Source: Patescibacteria group bacterium
Lineage (GTDB): Bacteria > Patescibacteriota > JABMPQ01 > JAHIRA01
Assembly: GCA_018818205.1 (NCBI GenBank)
Contig: JAHISJ010000023.1
Location: 95,103-159,102 of the forward strand
DNA length: 64,000 nt
Reading direction: 5' to 3'
Of the stretch, positions 28,834 to 37,505 are shown piece by piece. Under the pieces are notes generated by a model. That model worked only from the letters and a program-made list of their open reading frames with translations, was not told where the DNA came from and made no database searches. The number at the start of each line of letters is the position of its first letter. Position 1 is the stretch's first letter. A program made the translations under genes and the position numbers.

Positions 28834-29922
28834 ATGCTCGATGTAAAACAAGTAAAGAAATATTCTGACATTGTTTCAGAGAAAGAAGATATCGTATCAC
28901 TCTACTTAAATGCTGATCAAAGCGTAAGAACAACAGAGGAGATTCGGATAGAACTTAAAGATCTATTGCGCGTTGTAGAAGAACGAGGTCTTACAAAAGA
29001 TGCAAAAAAAATTGATGACTACCTCAAGCAAGATCTTATGCGAAGTATTAGGTCACTGATGTTTATTGCATCCGATGCTCAGGGGATTTTTGATGTATTA
29101 CGCCTTCCTGTTCCTGTAGTTGACCAGGTTTCTGTGTCAAATAAAGTTAATGTGACACCACTATGCAGAATGCTTGATGAATACGAGCGATACGCAGTGA
29201 TCATGATTGATAAAGAAAAGATGCGTCTCTTCACCGTCTATATGGGTGAAATAGAAGAGCATGATACAGATGCATTATCATACTTTCCAGGACATCACAA
29301 AAAAGGGGGCTGGTCTCAAGCACGGTTCCAGCGTCATATTGAAGACCATACCAATTCAATGATAAAAGATACAGTAAAAGCAATAACTCGGTATGAGAAG
29401 GATTACCCGTTTGACAGACTCATTATTGGTGGTAGCAAGGAAGTACTTCCTGAGTTTGAAAAAATGTTACCCAAAAATCTTCAAAGCAAAGTTGCAGGCA
29501 AGCTATCTCTAGAGATGTTTGTCTCAGACCATGACGTGCTAGAAGAATCAATGAGGATAGAAGAGCAAATAGAACGAGAGAAAGAAGAGGACCTCGTGAA
29601 GAGACTTGTGGATAATCTTGGAGAAGGAAACAAAGCGGTAAGAGGAATGGACAAAGTACTTCTTATGCTTGAGGAGGGTAAGGCAATGGAAATCGTTATT
29701 GATGAGGAGCTAGAAGAAACGGGTAAAAAGTGTACCAAGTGTGATCATTTAGCTCTTGATGAACTAAAATGTTCGTACTGTGGTGGTGACATGGAGATTC
29801 TTCCAGACCTTATCTCTGAGATAGTGAACAAAGCACTAAACAGTAATGTTGAGATTGAGTTTGTGCGTGGCAGTGATCTTCTTAAGGAAAACAAAAGCAT
29901 AGGTGCATTCCTAAGGTTTTAA
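28834..29922 (+). CDS. Bacterial aeRF1-like peptide release factor (baeRF10-type)
   Basis: VSLYLN, HKKGGWSQARFQRH, RLIIGG, CTKC..CSYCGG zinc ribbon, C-terminal IGAFLRF. Confidence 0.85.
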   Translation: MLDVKQVKKYSDIVSEKEDIVSLYLNADQSVRTTEEIRIELKDLLRVVEERGLTKDAKKIDDYLKQDLMRSIRSLMFIASDAQGIFDVLRLPVPVVDQVSVSNKVNVTPLCRMLDEYERYAVIMIDKEKMRLFTVYMGEIEEHDTDALSYFPGHHKKGGWSQARFQRHIEDHTNSMIKDTVKAITRYEKDYPFDRLIIGGSKEVLPEFEKMLPKNLQSKVAGKLSLEMFVSDHDVLEESMRIEEQIEREKEEDLVKRLVDNLGEGNKAVRGMDKVLLMLEEGKAMEIVIDEELEETGKKCTKCDHLALDELKCSYCGGDMEILPDLISEIVNKALNSNVEIEFVRGSDLLKENKSIGAFLRF

Positions 29923-29931
29923 CTAAAACGT

Positions 29932-30570
29932 ATGACATTTCCTGACCGCGTTGAGGCGGGAAAAAAGCTTGCAAGCGAGCTGCAACAAAAATATAGTAAT
30001 GTACCAAATGCCATTGTAGTTGCACTTCCCAGAGGAGGATTACCTCTAGGTTATGAGGTTGCAAAAGCAATGAATATCCCGCTTGATATTGTTGTTCCTA
30101 GGAAAATTGGTGCACCAGGGCACGATGAATATGCAATAGGCGCACTTACAGAAATAGGAGAACCAATCTTTAATGAGTCAGAAAAAGAGCGATTTAACCA
30201 AGATGCAATAGAGAAAATTGTTGCTGAGGAAAAGAAGGAAGCAAGACGGAGACTTGGTTTATACCGAGGGAAAAGCAAACCCCTGAACCTGAAAGATAAA
30301 ACAGTATTTTTAGTGGATGACGGCATAGCTACGGGGCTTACCATGCGTGCAGCGATTCTCTCATGCAAGGCCAAGGAAGCAAAGAAAATCATTGTTGCAG
30401 TACCTGTTGCCTCAAAAGAAGCCCTAGATACTATAGAAAAAGAAGTGGATGACGTAGTATGTCTATATGAGCCTCGCTTCTTCATGGCAGTTGGACAATT
30501 TTACGAAGTGTTTCCACAAACTAAAGACAGCGAAGTTATAGAAACTATGAAAAAGTATCATTCATTTTAG
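29932..30570 (+). CDS. Phosphoribosyltransferase-family protein
   Basis: F.DR..AG..LA, LPRGG, RKIGAP, VDDGIATG, AVGQFY. Confidence 0.92.
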   Translation: MTFPDRVEAGKKLASELQQKYSNVPNAIVVALPRGGLPLGYEVAKAMNIPLDIVVPRKIGAPGHDEYAIGALTEIGEPIFNESEKERFNQDAIEKIVAEEKKEARRRLGLYRGKSKPLNLKDKTVFLVDDGIATGLTMRAAILSCKAKEAKKIIVAVPVASKEALDTIEKEVDDVVCLYEPRFFMAVGQFYEVFPQTKDSEVIETMKKYHSF

Positions 30571-30580
30571 CCAAAATAAT

Positions 30581-31456
30581 ATGGATACAAAGGCACTCAG
30601 TGAGCTGCTTATTAGAAGAGAGCCAACTTCACACAAAAAATCTGTAGGTACGGTTCTTGTCATTGGGGGTTCTGCGTTTATGCCTGGAGCGCCTATCTTG
30701 GCGTGTCATGGCGCGTACCGTGCTGGAGCAGGCTTAGTAAAGCTTCTCTTCCCGGAAAGTGTATATGACATTAAGAATAGACTTATGCCAGAGGTTGTAT
30801 TAATGCCTGGCTTTGAGGAGGACAATCAATCTCTTTCTCCAGAAAATATAGAATTGTTGAGTGAGGAAATGGTTCAAGAGGTAGATACGGTGGTCATTGG
30901 CCCTGGCATGTCACGAAACAAAGAAACGATTGAGTTTATTTTACAGGCCATCAAAGTCATTGATAAACCACTTATTATTGATGCGGATGCGTTGTACGCA
31001 CTCTCTGGAAATGTAAACGTGCTTTCTGAAAGAACCGCACCAACCATTTTAACACCTCATGAGGGAGAGATGGGACGATTGCTAGAAATTGATTATCAAG
31101 AAGTTTCAAAGAAGAGAGAAGAAGTGACGTTGACAATGGCAAAAGAGTGGAACAGTTTTATTGTTCTTAAAGGCAATAAAACAGTAGTATGCAGTCCCGA
31201 TGGTCAGAAGTGTATTAACGAGACCGGTAGTCCTGCACTTGCAACTGCAGGAACGGGCGATGTTCTTTCTGGTATTCTTGCAGCGCTACTCGCTCAGTTT
31301 CCAAATCAGAAACTACATACTGTACTTTCTGCAGGAGTATTCATTCATGGCTTTGCAGGCGATTTAGCCGAGAGGGATCTCGGTGAGAGATCAGTTGTTG
31401 CAACAGATCTCATCAGGTATTTACCAAAAGTGTTTAAACAAGCCCAAAGTGTCTGA
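30581..31456 (+). CDS. nnrD: ADP-dependent NAD(P)H-hydrate dehydratase
   Basis: GAGLV, IGPG, DADAL, LTPHEGE, LKG, LATAGTGDVLSG. Confidence 0.93.
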   Translation: MDTKALSELLIRREPTSHKKSVGTVLVIGGSAFMPGAPILACHGAYRAGAGLVKLLFPESVYDIKNRLMPEVVLMPGFEEDNQSLSPENIELLSEEMVQEVDTVVIGPGMSRNKETIEFILQAIKVIDKPLIIDADALYALSGNVNVLSERTAPTILTPHEGEMGRLLEIDYQEVSKKREEVTLTMAKEWNSFIVLKGNKTVVCSPDGQKCINETGSPALATAGTGDVLSGILAALLAQFPNQKLHTVLSAGVFIHGFAGDLAERDLGERSVVATDLIRYLPKVFKQAQSV

Positions 31457-31748
31457 ATTTTCAGAAAAGATTCTCTCTTTGACCAAAAAAATACCTCGTG
31501 GTAAAATAACGACGTACAGCATTTTGGCAAAAAAGGCAGGCTATCCTGGAGCGTATAGAGCATGCGGGACAGCACTGAACAATAATAAAAAACCGATTCT
31601 TATTCCGTGTCATCGTGTTGTCTGTTCCAATGGGTGTGTAGGTGGCTATGCTTTTGGTGAAAAAAGAAAAATAGCTCTACTTGTGAAAGAGGGGATAACT
31701 ATTGATGATGAACATATACGAAATTTCAAACAAAAATTATGGACATAA
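31449..31748 (+). CDS. Single-domain methylated-DNA-protein-cysteine methyltransferase
   Basis: IPRGKITTY, RACG.AL, PCHRVV active site; probable GTG start at 31449. Confidence 0.88.
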   Translation: MSEFSEKILSLTKKIPRGKITTYSILAKKAGYPGAYRACGTALNNNKKPILIPCHRVVCSNGCVGGYAFGEKRKIALLVKEGITIDDEHIRNFKQKLWT

Positions 31749-32587
31749 TGACTAAGAATATGAAAAAAGTAACTGTATCCATAGTGCTTCTAAGCGTTTT
31801 TCTTTTAAGTGGTTGCTCTGTAACAAACTTTTTTAAAGGGCAGGTAGATAAGCTTGGCGGCGGTCCAGAAGTTACTGCAGTTGACCCTACAGATGGTGCA
31901 AACAATGTTGCATTAGATACCCAGGTTAGCGTTACGTTTAACAAGGAGATGGATGAGGGTACACTTAATGCGAAGGGTGTCTATATCTCGTATACTAATG
32001 AGGACTTGGTCGTCTATTTAAATCCATTTTTAAATAGTCAGTATGAGTACAATGCTGACGCAAAGAAATTGAGCATAACTCCATCTCAAGAATTTATTCC
32101 TGACCAAGAAGTAGCTCTTGTAGTAACTGAGTCGGTGAAGGACAGTGATAATAATTCACTGCCAATGAGTAGTAGTTCAGATTCACGTGAGCGATATAAA
32201 TCGACTTTTAGAACGACTAAAGTCCAAGGTGAGGCAAAAGCACAAGACGAGGAAGCGGCTGAAGATACCACCGAGGATCTGTCATTTAACGAGCAGTCCG
32301 CACGCAATGAGGCTGTAGACTTTATTGTCACTAAAAGTGAGACGTATAAGTTCGATGGTAAGGCAGAAACACTTGCTGTAAAATCGGTTACACCCGTTGG
32401 GTGTAAAGGGTGCTATGATGTTGTTATTGTCTTTATTTCAAGAAACGAGGGGTTTGGAGATAGAACAAGGAAGGAGATAATTGGAGGAGATACCCTACAT
32501 GAAACGTCTATCCGATTTGAAAATGGTGAGGTTACAGAAGCTACTATGGACAATGAGTGGGATGTGCTAGAGCAAAAGGAAATGTAG
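31739..32587 (+). CDS. Lipoprotein with Ig-like (Big_5) domain
   Basis: Lipobox LSG|C; P.V.AVDP.DGA.NV..D....VTFN..MD; true start may be 31748 or 31760. Confidence 0.8.
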   Translation: MDIMTKNMKKVTVSIVLLSVFLLSGCSVTNFFKGQVDKLGGGPEVTAVDPTDGANNVALDTQVSVTFNKEMDEGTLNAKGVYISYTNEDLVVYLNPFLNSQYEYNADAKKLSITPSQEFIPDQEVALVVTESVKDSDNNSLPMSSSSDSRERYKSTFRTTKVQGEAKAQDEEAAEDTTEDLSFNEQSARNEAVDFIVTKSETYKFDGKAETLAVKSVTPVGCKGCYDVVIVFISRNEGFGDRTRKEIIGGDTLHETSIRFENGEVTEATMDNEWDVLEQKEM

Positions 32588-32600
32588 TTAGTATGATGTA

Positions 32601-34187
32601 ATGGCAAAAAAGGTAAAAACGCCAGGACGTAAGAACCAGTCAAAAATTACAAAAGGAGCCGCTATTCTAGCGGTTTCTTCTTTTTTTAGTTATGCCTTTG
32701 GACTACTTAGAGACAGATTGCTTGCAGGGAAGTTTGGTGCAGGTGAGTCTTTGGATGTGTATCAGGCCTCTTTTTTAATTCCTGATCTGGTTCTCAATAT
32801 CTTTTTGGCAGGCGCTCTCGCGTCTGCAATTGTTCCGGTATTAAGTGATTTGCTGCAAAGCAAAGAGAAAAAAGAGCTCAATGATACGGTGAGTTTTCTT
32901 ATAAATGCGGTGCTCATAATCATCAGTATTATTTCTCTGGTATGTTTTATACTCATGCCATGGCTCGTATTAATAACTGCTCCAGGGTTTGTGGGGGAAA
33001 AGAGAGAACTGCTCATTGCTACAAGCCGTATTATGCTTCTTTCTCCAGTTATTTTTGGACTGAGCAATCTTCTTGGTGGGGTGCTTATTTCTTATAAAAA
33101 ATTCGTAGCTTACTCGTTTTCACCCGTTTTGTATAATGCAGGGATAATTGTAGGTATTCTTTTCCTTGCAGACAGGTATGGCGTTATTGGTGTAGCATAT
33201 GGCACTGTTTTTGGTGCCTTGCTCCATTTGTCAATACGCCTTGTTTCTGTGATCCGCTCAAAAATGCGGTATCGTTTTATTACAAAACCAGTTCCAAAAC
33301 CTGCAGTGAGGTCTCTAAAACTCATGCTCCCTAGAATTTTAGGCCTTATTGCGTGGCAAGGAAATTTATGGGTATTTACATTTGTTGGGTCAACACTGCA
33401 GGAGGGGAGTGTTGGCATCTTTAATTTGGCACGCAATTTCCAAAGTTTACCGGTAAGTCTTATTGGCATTTCCCTTGCAACGGCAGTGTTTCCTTTTTTG
33501 TCATCAGATTTTGCAAAAAAAAGGGAAAAATCATTTATGTCTGATTTTATACATTCGTTCAAAAAAATAATATTTCTTACACTCCCTGCATCTTTTGCTC
33601 TAGCACTCCTTAGTACAAGTATTATTTCACTTTTCTTGGGAACAGGTAAATTTAGTGCAGAGGCTGTTGCCGTTACAGCGGGAGTTCTCGCAATTTTCTC
33701 ATTTGTTGTACCCTTTGAAAGTGTAAATCATCTTCTGAGCAGAACATATTATGCGCGGCACAATACCCTTGTTCCGGTTATCATTTCATTTGGTGCCATG
33801 GGGATAAATATTGCATTATGTTTTGCACTAACACGCTATATGGGTATTTATGGCCTTCCTCTCGCATTCTTAATTGCATCAATTGTGCAAACGTTCACGC
33901 TTGTTATTGTTTTAAACAAGGCATTTATCAGGTTGCATCTGAGTAAAATGCTTGGCTATACTCTGCGAGTACTCGTTCCTACAATAAGCATGGCAGGAGT
34001 TATTGCAGTAATCTTGAACTATTTTCCATTACGTGATACGCTGTTAAGTCGTTTTTTTCAATTATCCACTGCTTCCATTTTAGGATTTAGTATCTATTTG
34101 ATAATCGCGTATGTGCTTAAGATAGAAGAAGTACACTACGTTGTAGCGTATATAAAGAAATGGCAAAGAAAGTTCGTGTCACAATAG
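32601..34187 (+). CDS. murJ: MurJ-family flippase (copy 2)
   Basis: GLLRDRLLA, YQASFLIPD, GALASA.VP, RTYYARHNT..P. Confidence 0.92.
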   Translation: MAKKVKTPGRKNQSKITKGAAILAVSSFFSYAFGLLRDRLLAGKFGAGESLDVYQASFLIPDLVLNIFLAGALASAIVPVLSDLLQSKEKKELNDTVSFLINAVLIIISIISLVCFILMPWLVLITAPGFVGEKRELLIATSRIMLLSPVIFGLSNLLGGVLISYKKFVAYSFSPVLYNAGIIVGILFLADRYGVIGVAYGTVFGALLHLSIRLVSVIRSKMRYRFITKPVPKPAVRSLKLMLPRILGLIAWQGNLWVFTFVGSTLQEGSVGIFNLARNFQSLPVSLIGISLATAVFPFLSSDFAKKREKSFMSDFIHSFKKIIFLTLPASFALALLSTSIISLFLGTGKFSAEAVAVTAGVLAIFSFVVPFESVNHLLSRTYYARHNTLVPVIISFGAMGINIALCFALTRYMGIYGLPLAFLIASIVQTFTLVIVLNKAFIRLHLSKMLGYTLRVLVPTISMAGVIAVILNYFPLRDTLLSRFFQLSTASILGFSIYLIIAYVLKIEEVHYVVAYIKKWQRKFVSQ

Positions 34188-35026
34188 GATTTACGCTTGC
34201 CTGTCTTTTTATTGTTCTTGCAACTTTTTTCTTTAGAGCTCCACTGGCAAATCTTTACTTTGAATTAACACGTCCCAAAGAAGAAGTTCCTGACGCGATT
34301 TCGCAGGAAGAAATTCAAGCCTCGCTGGTAACGCATGCGCAAAGCGTTGAAGAAGAGATAGAAAGGGACAATTCTAATGACAGCAAAGACAACATTGCCC
34401 TTGCAAAAGAAAACATCTCAAACTTACACAAAAAATCAGAGCAGCAGAATTCTCAGTACCAATTACCAGAGAGCATGAATCTAGCTGTCCCTTTTACGTC
34501 ACAAGCACCACACGCAAATTGGGATCTGCCGTATCAAGAGGCATGTGAGGAGGCAGCAATGCTCATGTCAGCTCACTTTTTGTTAAATAAGGGTGGTTTT
34601 ACCAAGGACTCGGCTGACGCAGGTATTCTTGATTTAGTCCATTTTGAAGAAAAAAAAGGAATGGCAATAGACATGACCACAGAAGAAACGGCGAGAGTAT
34701 TTGAGGAACGTTTTGGTCTTAAAGCAGAAGTAAGATATGATTTTGATGAAACCGACATAAAAGAGGCGATTGCAAAAGGACATCCGGTTATTATGCCGTT
34801 TGCAGGAAGACAACTGGGAAATCCAAATTTCACACCACCGGGGCCGTTGTATCATATGCTTGTTATAAAGGGGTACACGCCAAATGTATTTATCACCAAT
34901 GATCCAGGGACTAGAAATGGGCGCGATTTTCAATACACCTACAAAAAAATTCTCGACACAAATCATGACTGGAATAATGGGGATGTGACAAGAGGTAAAA
35001 AAGTAATGATAGAAGTGTATAAATAG
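34160..35026 (+). CDS. C39-like peptidase family protein
   Basis: VPFTSQAP, QEACEEA, YHMLVIKGY, ITNDPG. Confidence 0.85.
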   Translation: MAKKVRVTIGFTLACLFIVLATFFFRAPLANLYFELTRPKEEVPDAISQEEIQASLVTHAQSVEEEIERDNSNDSKDNIALAKENISNLHKKSEQQNSQYQLPESMNLAVPFTSQAPHANWDLPYQEACEEAAMLMSAHFLLNKGGFTKDSADAGILDLVHFEEKKGMAIDMTTEETARVFEERFGLKAEVRYDFDETDIKEAIAKGHPVIMPFAGRQLGNPNFTPPGPLYHMLVIKGYTPNVFITNDPGTRNGRDFQYTYKKILDTNHDWNNGDVTRGKKVMIEVYK

Positions 35027-35061
35027 AATAGTGCGTTTTGATTAATGAATATCCTCACTTC

Positions 35062-36312
35062 ATGGACTTATTCGACAAAAACATACAGCAGTACGAAAAA
35101 AAAGCTGCACCACTCGCTGATCGCATGCGTCCCAAGACACTCAATGATTTTATTGGTCAAAGCGAGTTAGTTGGGAAGGGAAAGGTGCTGAGACAAATGA
35201 TTGAAGACGATACCATCTCTTCAATGCTTTTTTGGGGTCCACCGGGGTCAGGAAAAACAACACTTGCCAAAATTATTGCAAAAGAGAGTAAAACAACATT
35301 CGTACCGCTCTCTGCAGTTTCTGTTGGGAAAAAGAAGGTTATAGAAGTATGCACTAAAGCATATAATGATCTTAAGTTTTATCAAAAGAGGACAATTTTA
35401 TTTTTGGATGAAATCCATAGGTTTAACAAAGCCCAGCAAGATACCTTTTTACCGTTTGTAGAAAAGGGGATAATCACACTCATTGGAGCAACAACAGAGA
35501 ACCCTTCATTCGAAATCAATAATGCTCTTCTCTCTCGCTGTCAGGTATTTGTGTTTAATACTCATTCCGAAGAGGATATTAGAAAAATACTTTCTCAAGC
35601 GCTAAGTGAATCTGAGTGGGGGCTTGGTACGTTTAATCATACAATCGAGCCTAAGGCACTTGATTTTCTAGCAAATGTGGCGGACGGTGATGCAAGAACC
35701 GCTCTTTCAACACTTGAGCTTGCATCACAGAGCGTAAGGAGTAGTGGAAAAAAGAAAATTACACTGAGTGCTATAGAAGGAGCTATTCAAAAACGTGCAC
35801 TTTTATATGACAAAAAGGGAGAGGAGCACTACAATATCATTTCAGCTCTTCATAAAAGCATGAGAAACTCAGATCCGGATGCTACGCTGTATTGGCTTGA
35901 GCGAATGTTGCAATCGGGTGAAGATCCCAGATATATCTTAAGGAGAATGATCAGGTTTGCCTCAGAAGATGTAGGTCTTGCAGACCCAAATGCACTCACC
36001 GTAGCAGTGTCAGCACTTAGCGCATATGAATGTGTAGGACTCCCTGAAGGGTCGCTTGCACTTGCTGAGTGCGCCGTCTATTTAGCAAAAGCTCCAAAAG
36101 ATAATTCACTGTATGTTGCGGAAAAACAGGTTCAAAAAGATATTAAAGAAAAAGGAGCATTGCCGGTGCCAAAACATATTAGAAACTCACCAACCAAGCT
36201 TATGAAAGATCTGGACTACGGCAAAGGGTACAAATATGCACACGATTTTAAAAACAAAAAAACAGACATGCAGTGTATGCCGGATGAGCTTAAGGGAAAG
36301 AAGTACTTTTAG
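35062..36312 (+). CDS. rarA: Replication-associated recombination protein A
   Basis: PLADRMRP, GPPGSGKTT, DEIHRFNKAQQD, ISALHKSMR, GKGYKYAH. Confidence 0.97.
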   Translation: MDLFDKNIQQYEKKAAPLADRMRPKTLNDFIGQSELVGKGKVLRQMIEDDTISSMLFWGPPGSGKTTLAKIIAKESKTTFVPLSAVSVGKKKVIEVCTKAYNDLKFYQKRTILFLDEIHRFNKAQQDTFLPFVEKGIITLIGATTENPSFEINNALLSRCQVFVFNTHSEEDIRKILSQALSESEWGLGTFNHTIEPKALDFLANVADGDARTALSTLELASQSVRSSGKKKITLSAIEGAIQKRALLYDKKGEEHYNIISALHKSMRNSDPDATLYWLERMLQSGEDPRYILRRMIRFASEDVGLADPNALTVAVSALSAYECVGLPEGSLALAECAVYLAKAPKDNSLYVAEKQVQKDIKEKGALPVPKHIRNSPTKLMKDLDYGKGYKYAHDFKNKKTDMQCMPDELKGKKYF

Positions 36313-36385
36313 TAAGAGGTAACGATCTTGACTACTCATTTTTTTTGAGCCATAACAAAAGGCATTTTACGTTAAGGAGGAGCTG

Positions 36386-36547
36386 GTGATAAAGTACCAA
36401 AAGACAATTGAAGCATTATCTTTTGTAGAGTATTTAGAGAAAACAAAAAATCCTGAGGAAATTTTTTTGTTTTCTTATGATACACATAGAGCAATTATTA
36501 TTAGCAAAAAACACAATGACTCCAGAAGGCTTTGGCAGAGGGTTTGA
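36386..36547 (+). CDS. Small orphan ORF, 53 aa (absent from the ORF track)
   Basis: TTGACT-N17-CATAAC promoter at 36328-36356, AAGGAGG, GTG start; MIKYQKTIEALSFVEYLEK...RRLWQRV. Confidence 0.55.
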   Translation: MIKYQKTIEALSFVEYLEKTKNPEEIFLFSYDTHRAIIISKKHNDSRRLWQRV

Positions 36548-36698
36548 AGTTCCACCAAAAAGAAAAGAACCTCACGAAGAATCACTGGATGAAAAAACAA
36601 CACAAGACAAAGAACAGAGAAACGTTGAACAAAAACCGTTTGAGAAGCCAAGGGTTGATTCTAATGACGATGATACGAGTGACGGAGAAGAGAAATAA
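36516..36698 (+). CDS. Small acidic, low-complexity hypothetical protein
   Basis: MTPEGFGRGFE...DDDTSDGEEK; the ORF track gives an alternative start at 36477. Confidence 0.5.
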   Translation: MTPEGFGRGFEVPPKRKEPHEESLDEKTTQDKEQRNVEQKPFEKPRVDSNDDDTSDGEEK

Positions 36699-36711
36699 AG
36701 TATTCATTTTT

Positions 36712-36753
36712 TGTCATTCCGGACAGTCTTTCTTAAGACTGAGCCGGAATCTC
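36712..36753. repeat. REP-like palindromic element
   Basis: TGTCATTCCGG-a-CAGTCTT-tctt-AAGACTG-ag-CCGGAATCTC nested hairpin. Confidence 0.65.
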
Positions 36754-36814
36754 AACGCTTACAGTTTAGTCACAATATTCCTGGATGATATTTAACCAAA
36801 GAATTACGTAATAA

Positions 36815-37252
36815 TTACGTAATTCTTTTGAAATGCTCAACCGCTGGTTTTATATTTGGAGCTACATCTTCTGGCAAATCATCAATAGCAATCCATTGCC
36901 ACTCACGCACATCTCTCCCTGGTGTGATAGTCTCATTTAGTAATTCAGCTTTGTAGTGAAATAAAACGACGTATTCTGTTTTATTTTCTGCACCTCTAGT
37001 AAACGAAATCACAAATGGCTTCCCATCAATTTGAACATCAACACCAAGCTCTTCTTTCACTTCTCTTTTGGCTGTTTCTATCATAGATTCGTCATCGTGC
37101 ATTCTACCGCCTGGGAACTTCCAAAAATTATCGTCTCCGTGTTTATCTAAAAGGACTTTGCTGTCTTGAATAATCACCGGTCCCGAGGCTATTGAAAGAA
37201 GTGTCTTAGTATTTTCAGGATCAATAGAAGGAAATTTGTTAAATTCTATCAT
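36815..37252 (-). CDS. NUDIX hydrolase
   Basis: Nudix box PGGRMHDDESMIETAKREVKEELG. Confidence 0.92.
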   Translation of the reverse strand: MIEFNKFPSIDPENTKTLLSIASGPVIIQDSKVLLDKHGDDNFWKFPGGRMHDDESMIETAKREVKEELGVDVQIDGKPFVISFTRGAENKTEYVVLFHYKAELLNETITPGRDVREWQWIAIDDLPEDVAPNIKPAVEHFKRIT

Positions 37253-37316
37253 ATTGTTTATTAAGAAGTATATTCTAATGATAGCAAGCTTTTAGACAGT
37301 GAGTCTATCCCGTTCC

Positions 37317-37505
37317 TGTTTTTTTATAAAAAAAATGATATGCGCAGTGCATATCATACTAATATATTTTCTCAAAAGTGTCAGTAATTTTAAAATCTAT
37401 TGATCCTCAAGCAGTGGATTTTCTCCATCATGAACCCATTGCTGTTGTACTTTTCCTGGTTCAAGAGGCTCAGGCTTCCACACCTCTAACCATTCAGCTT
37501 CCTTG
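37317..37505. repeat. 3'-flank repeat, copy 1 (C-terminal codons, UTR and terminator)
   Basis: Near-identical to 39985-40174. Confidence 0.95.
37328..37357 (-). terminator. Intrinsic terminator (identical copy at ~39997-40026)
   Basis: ATGATATGC-N5-GCATATCAT 9-bp stem followed by T8 on the minus strand. Confidence 0.8.
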
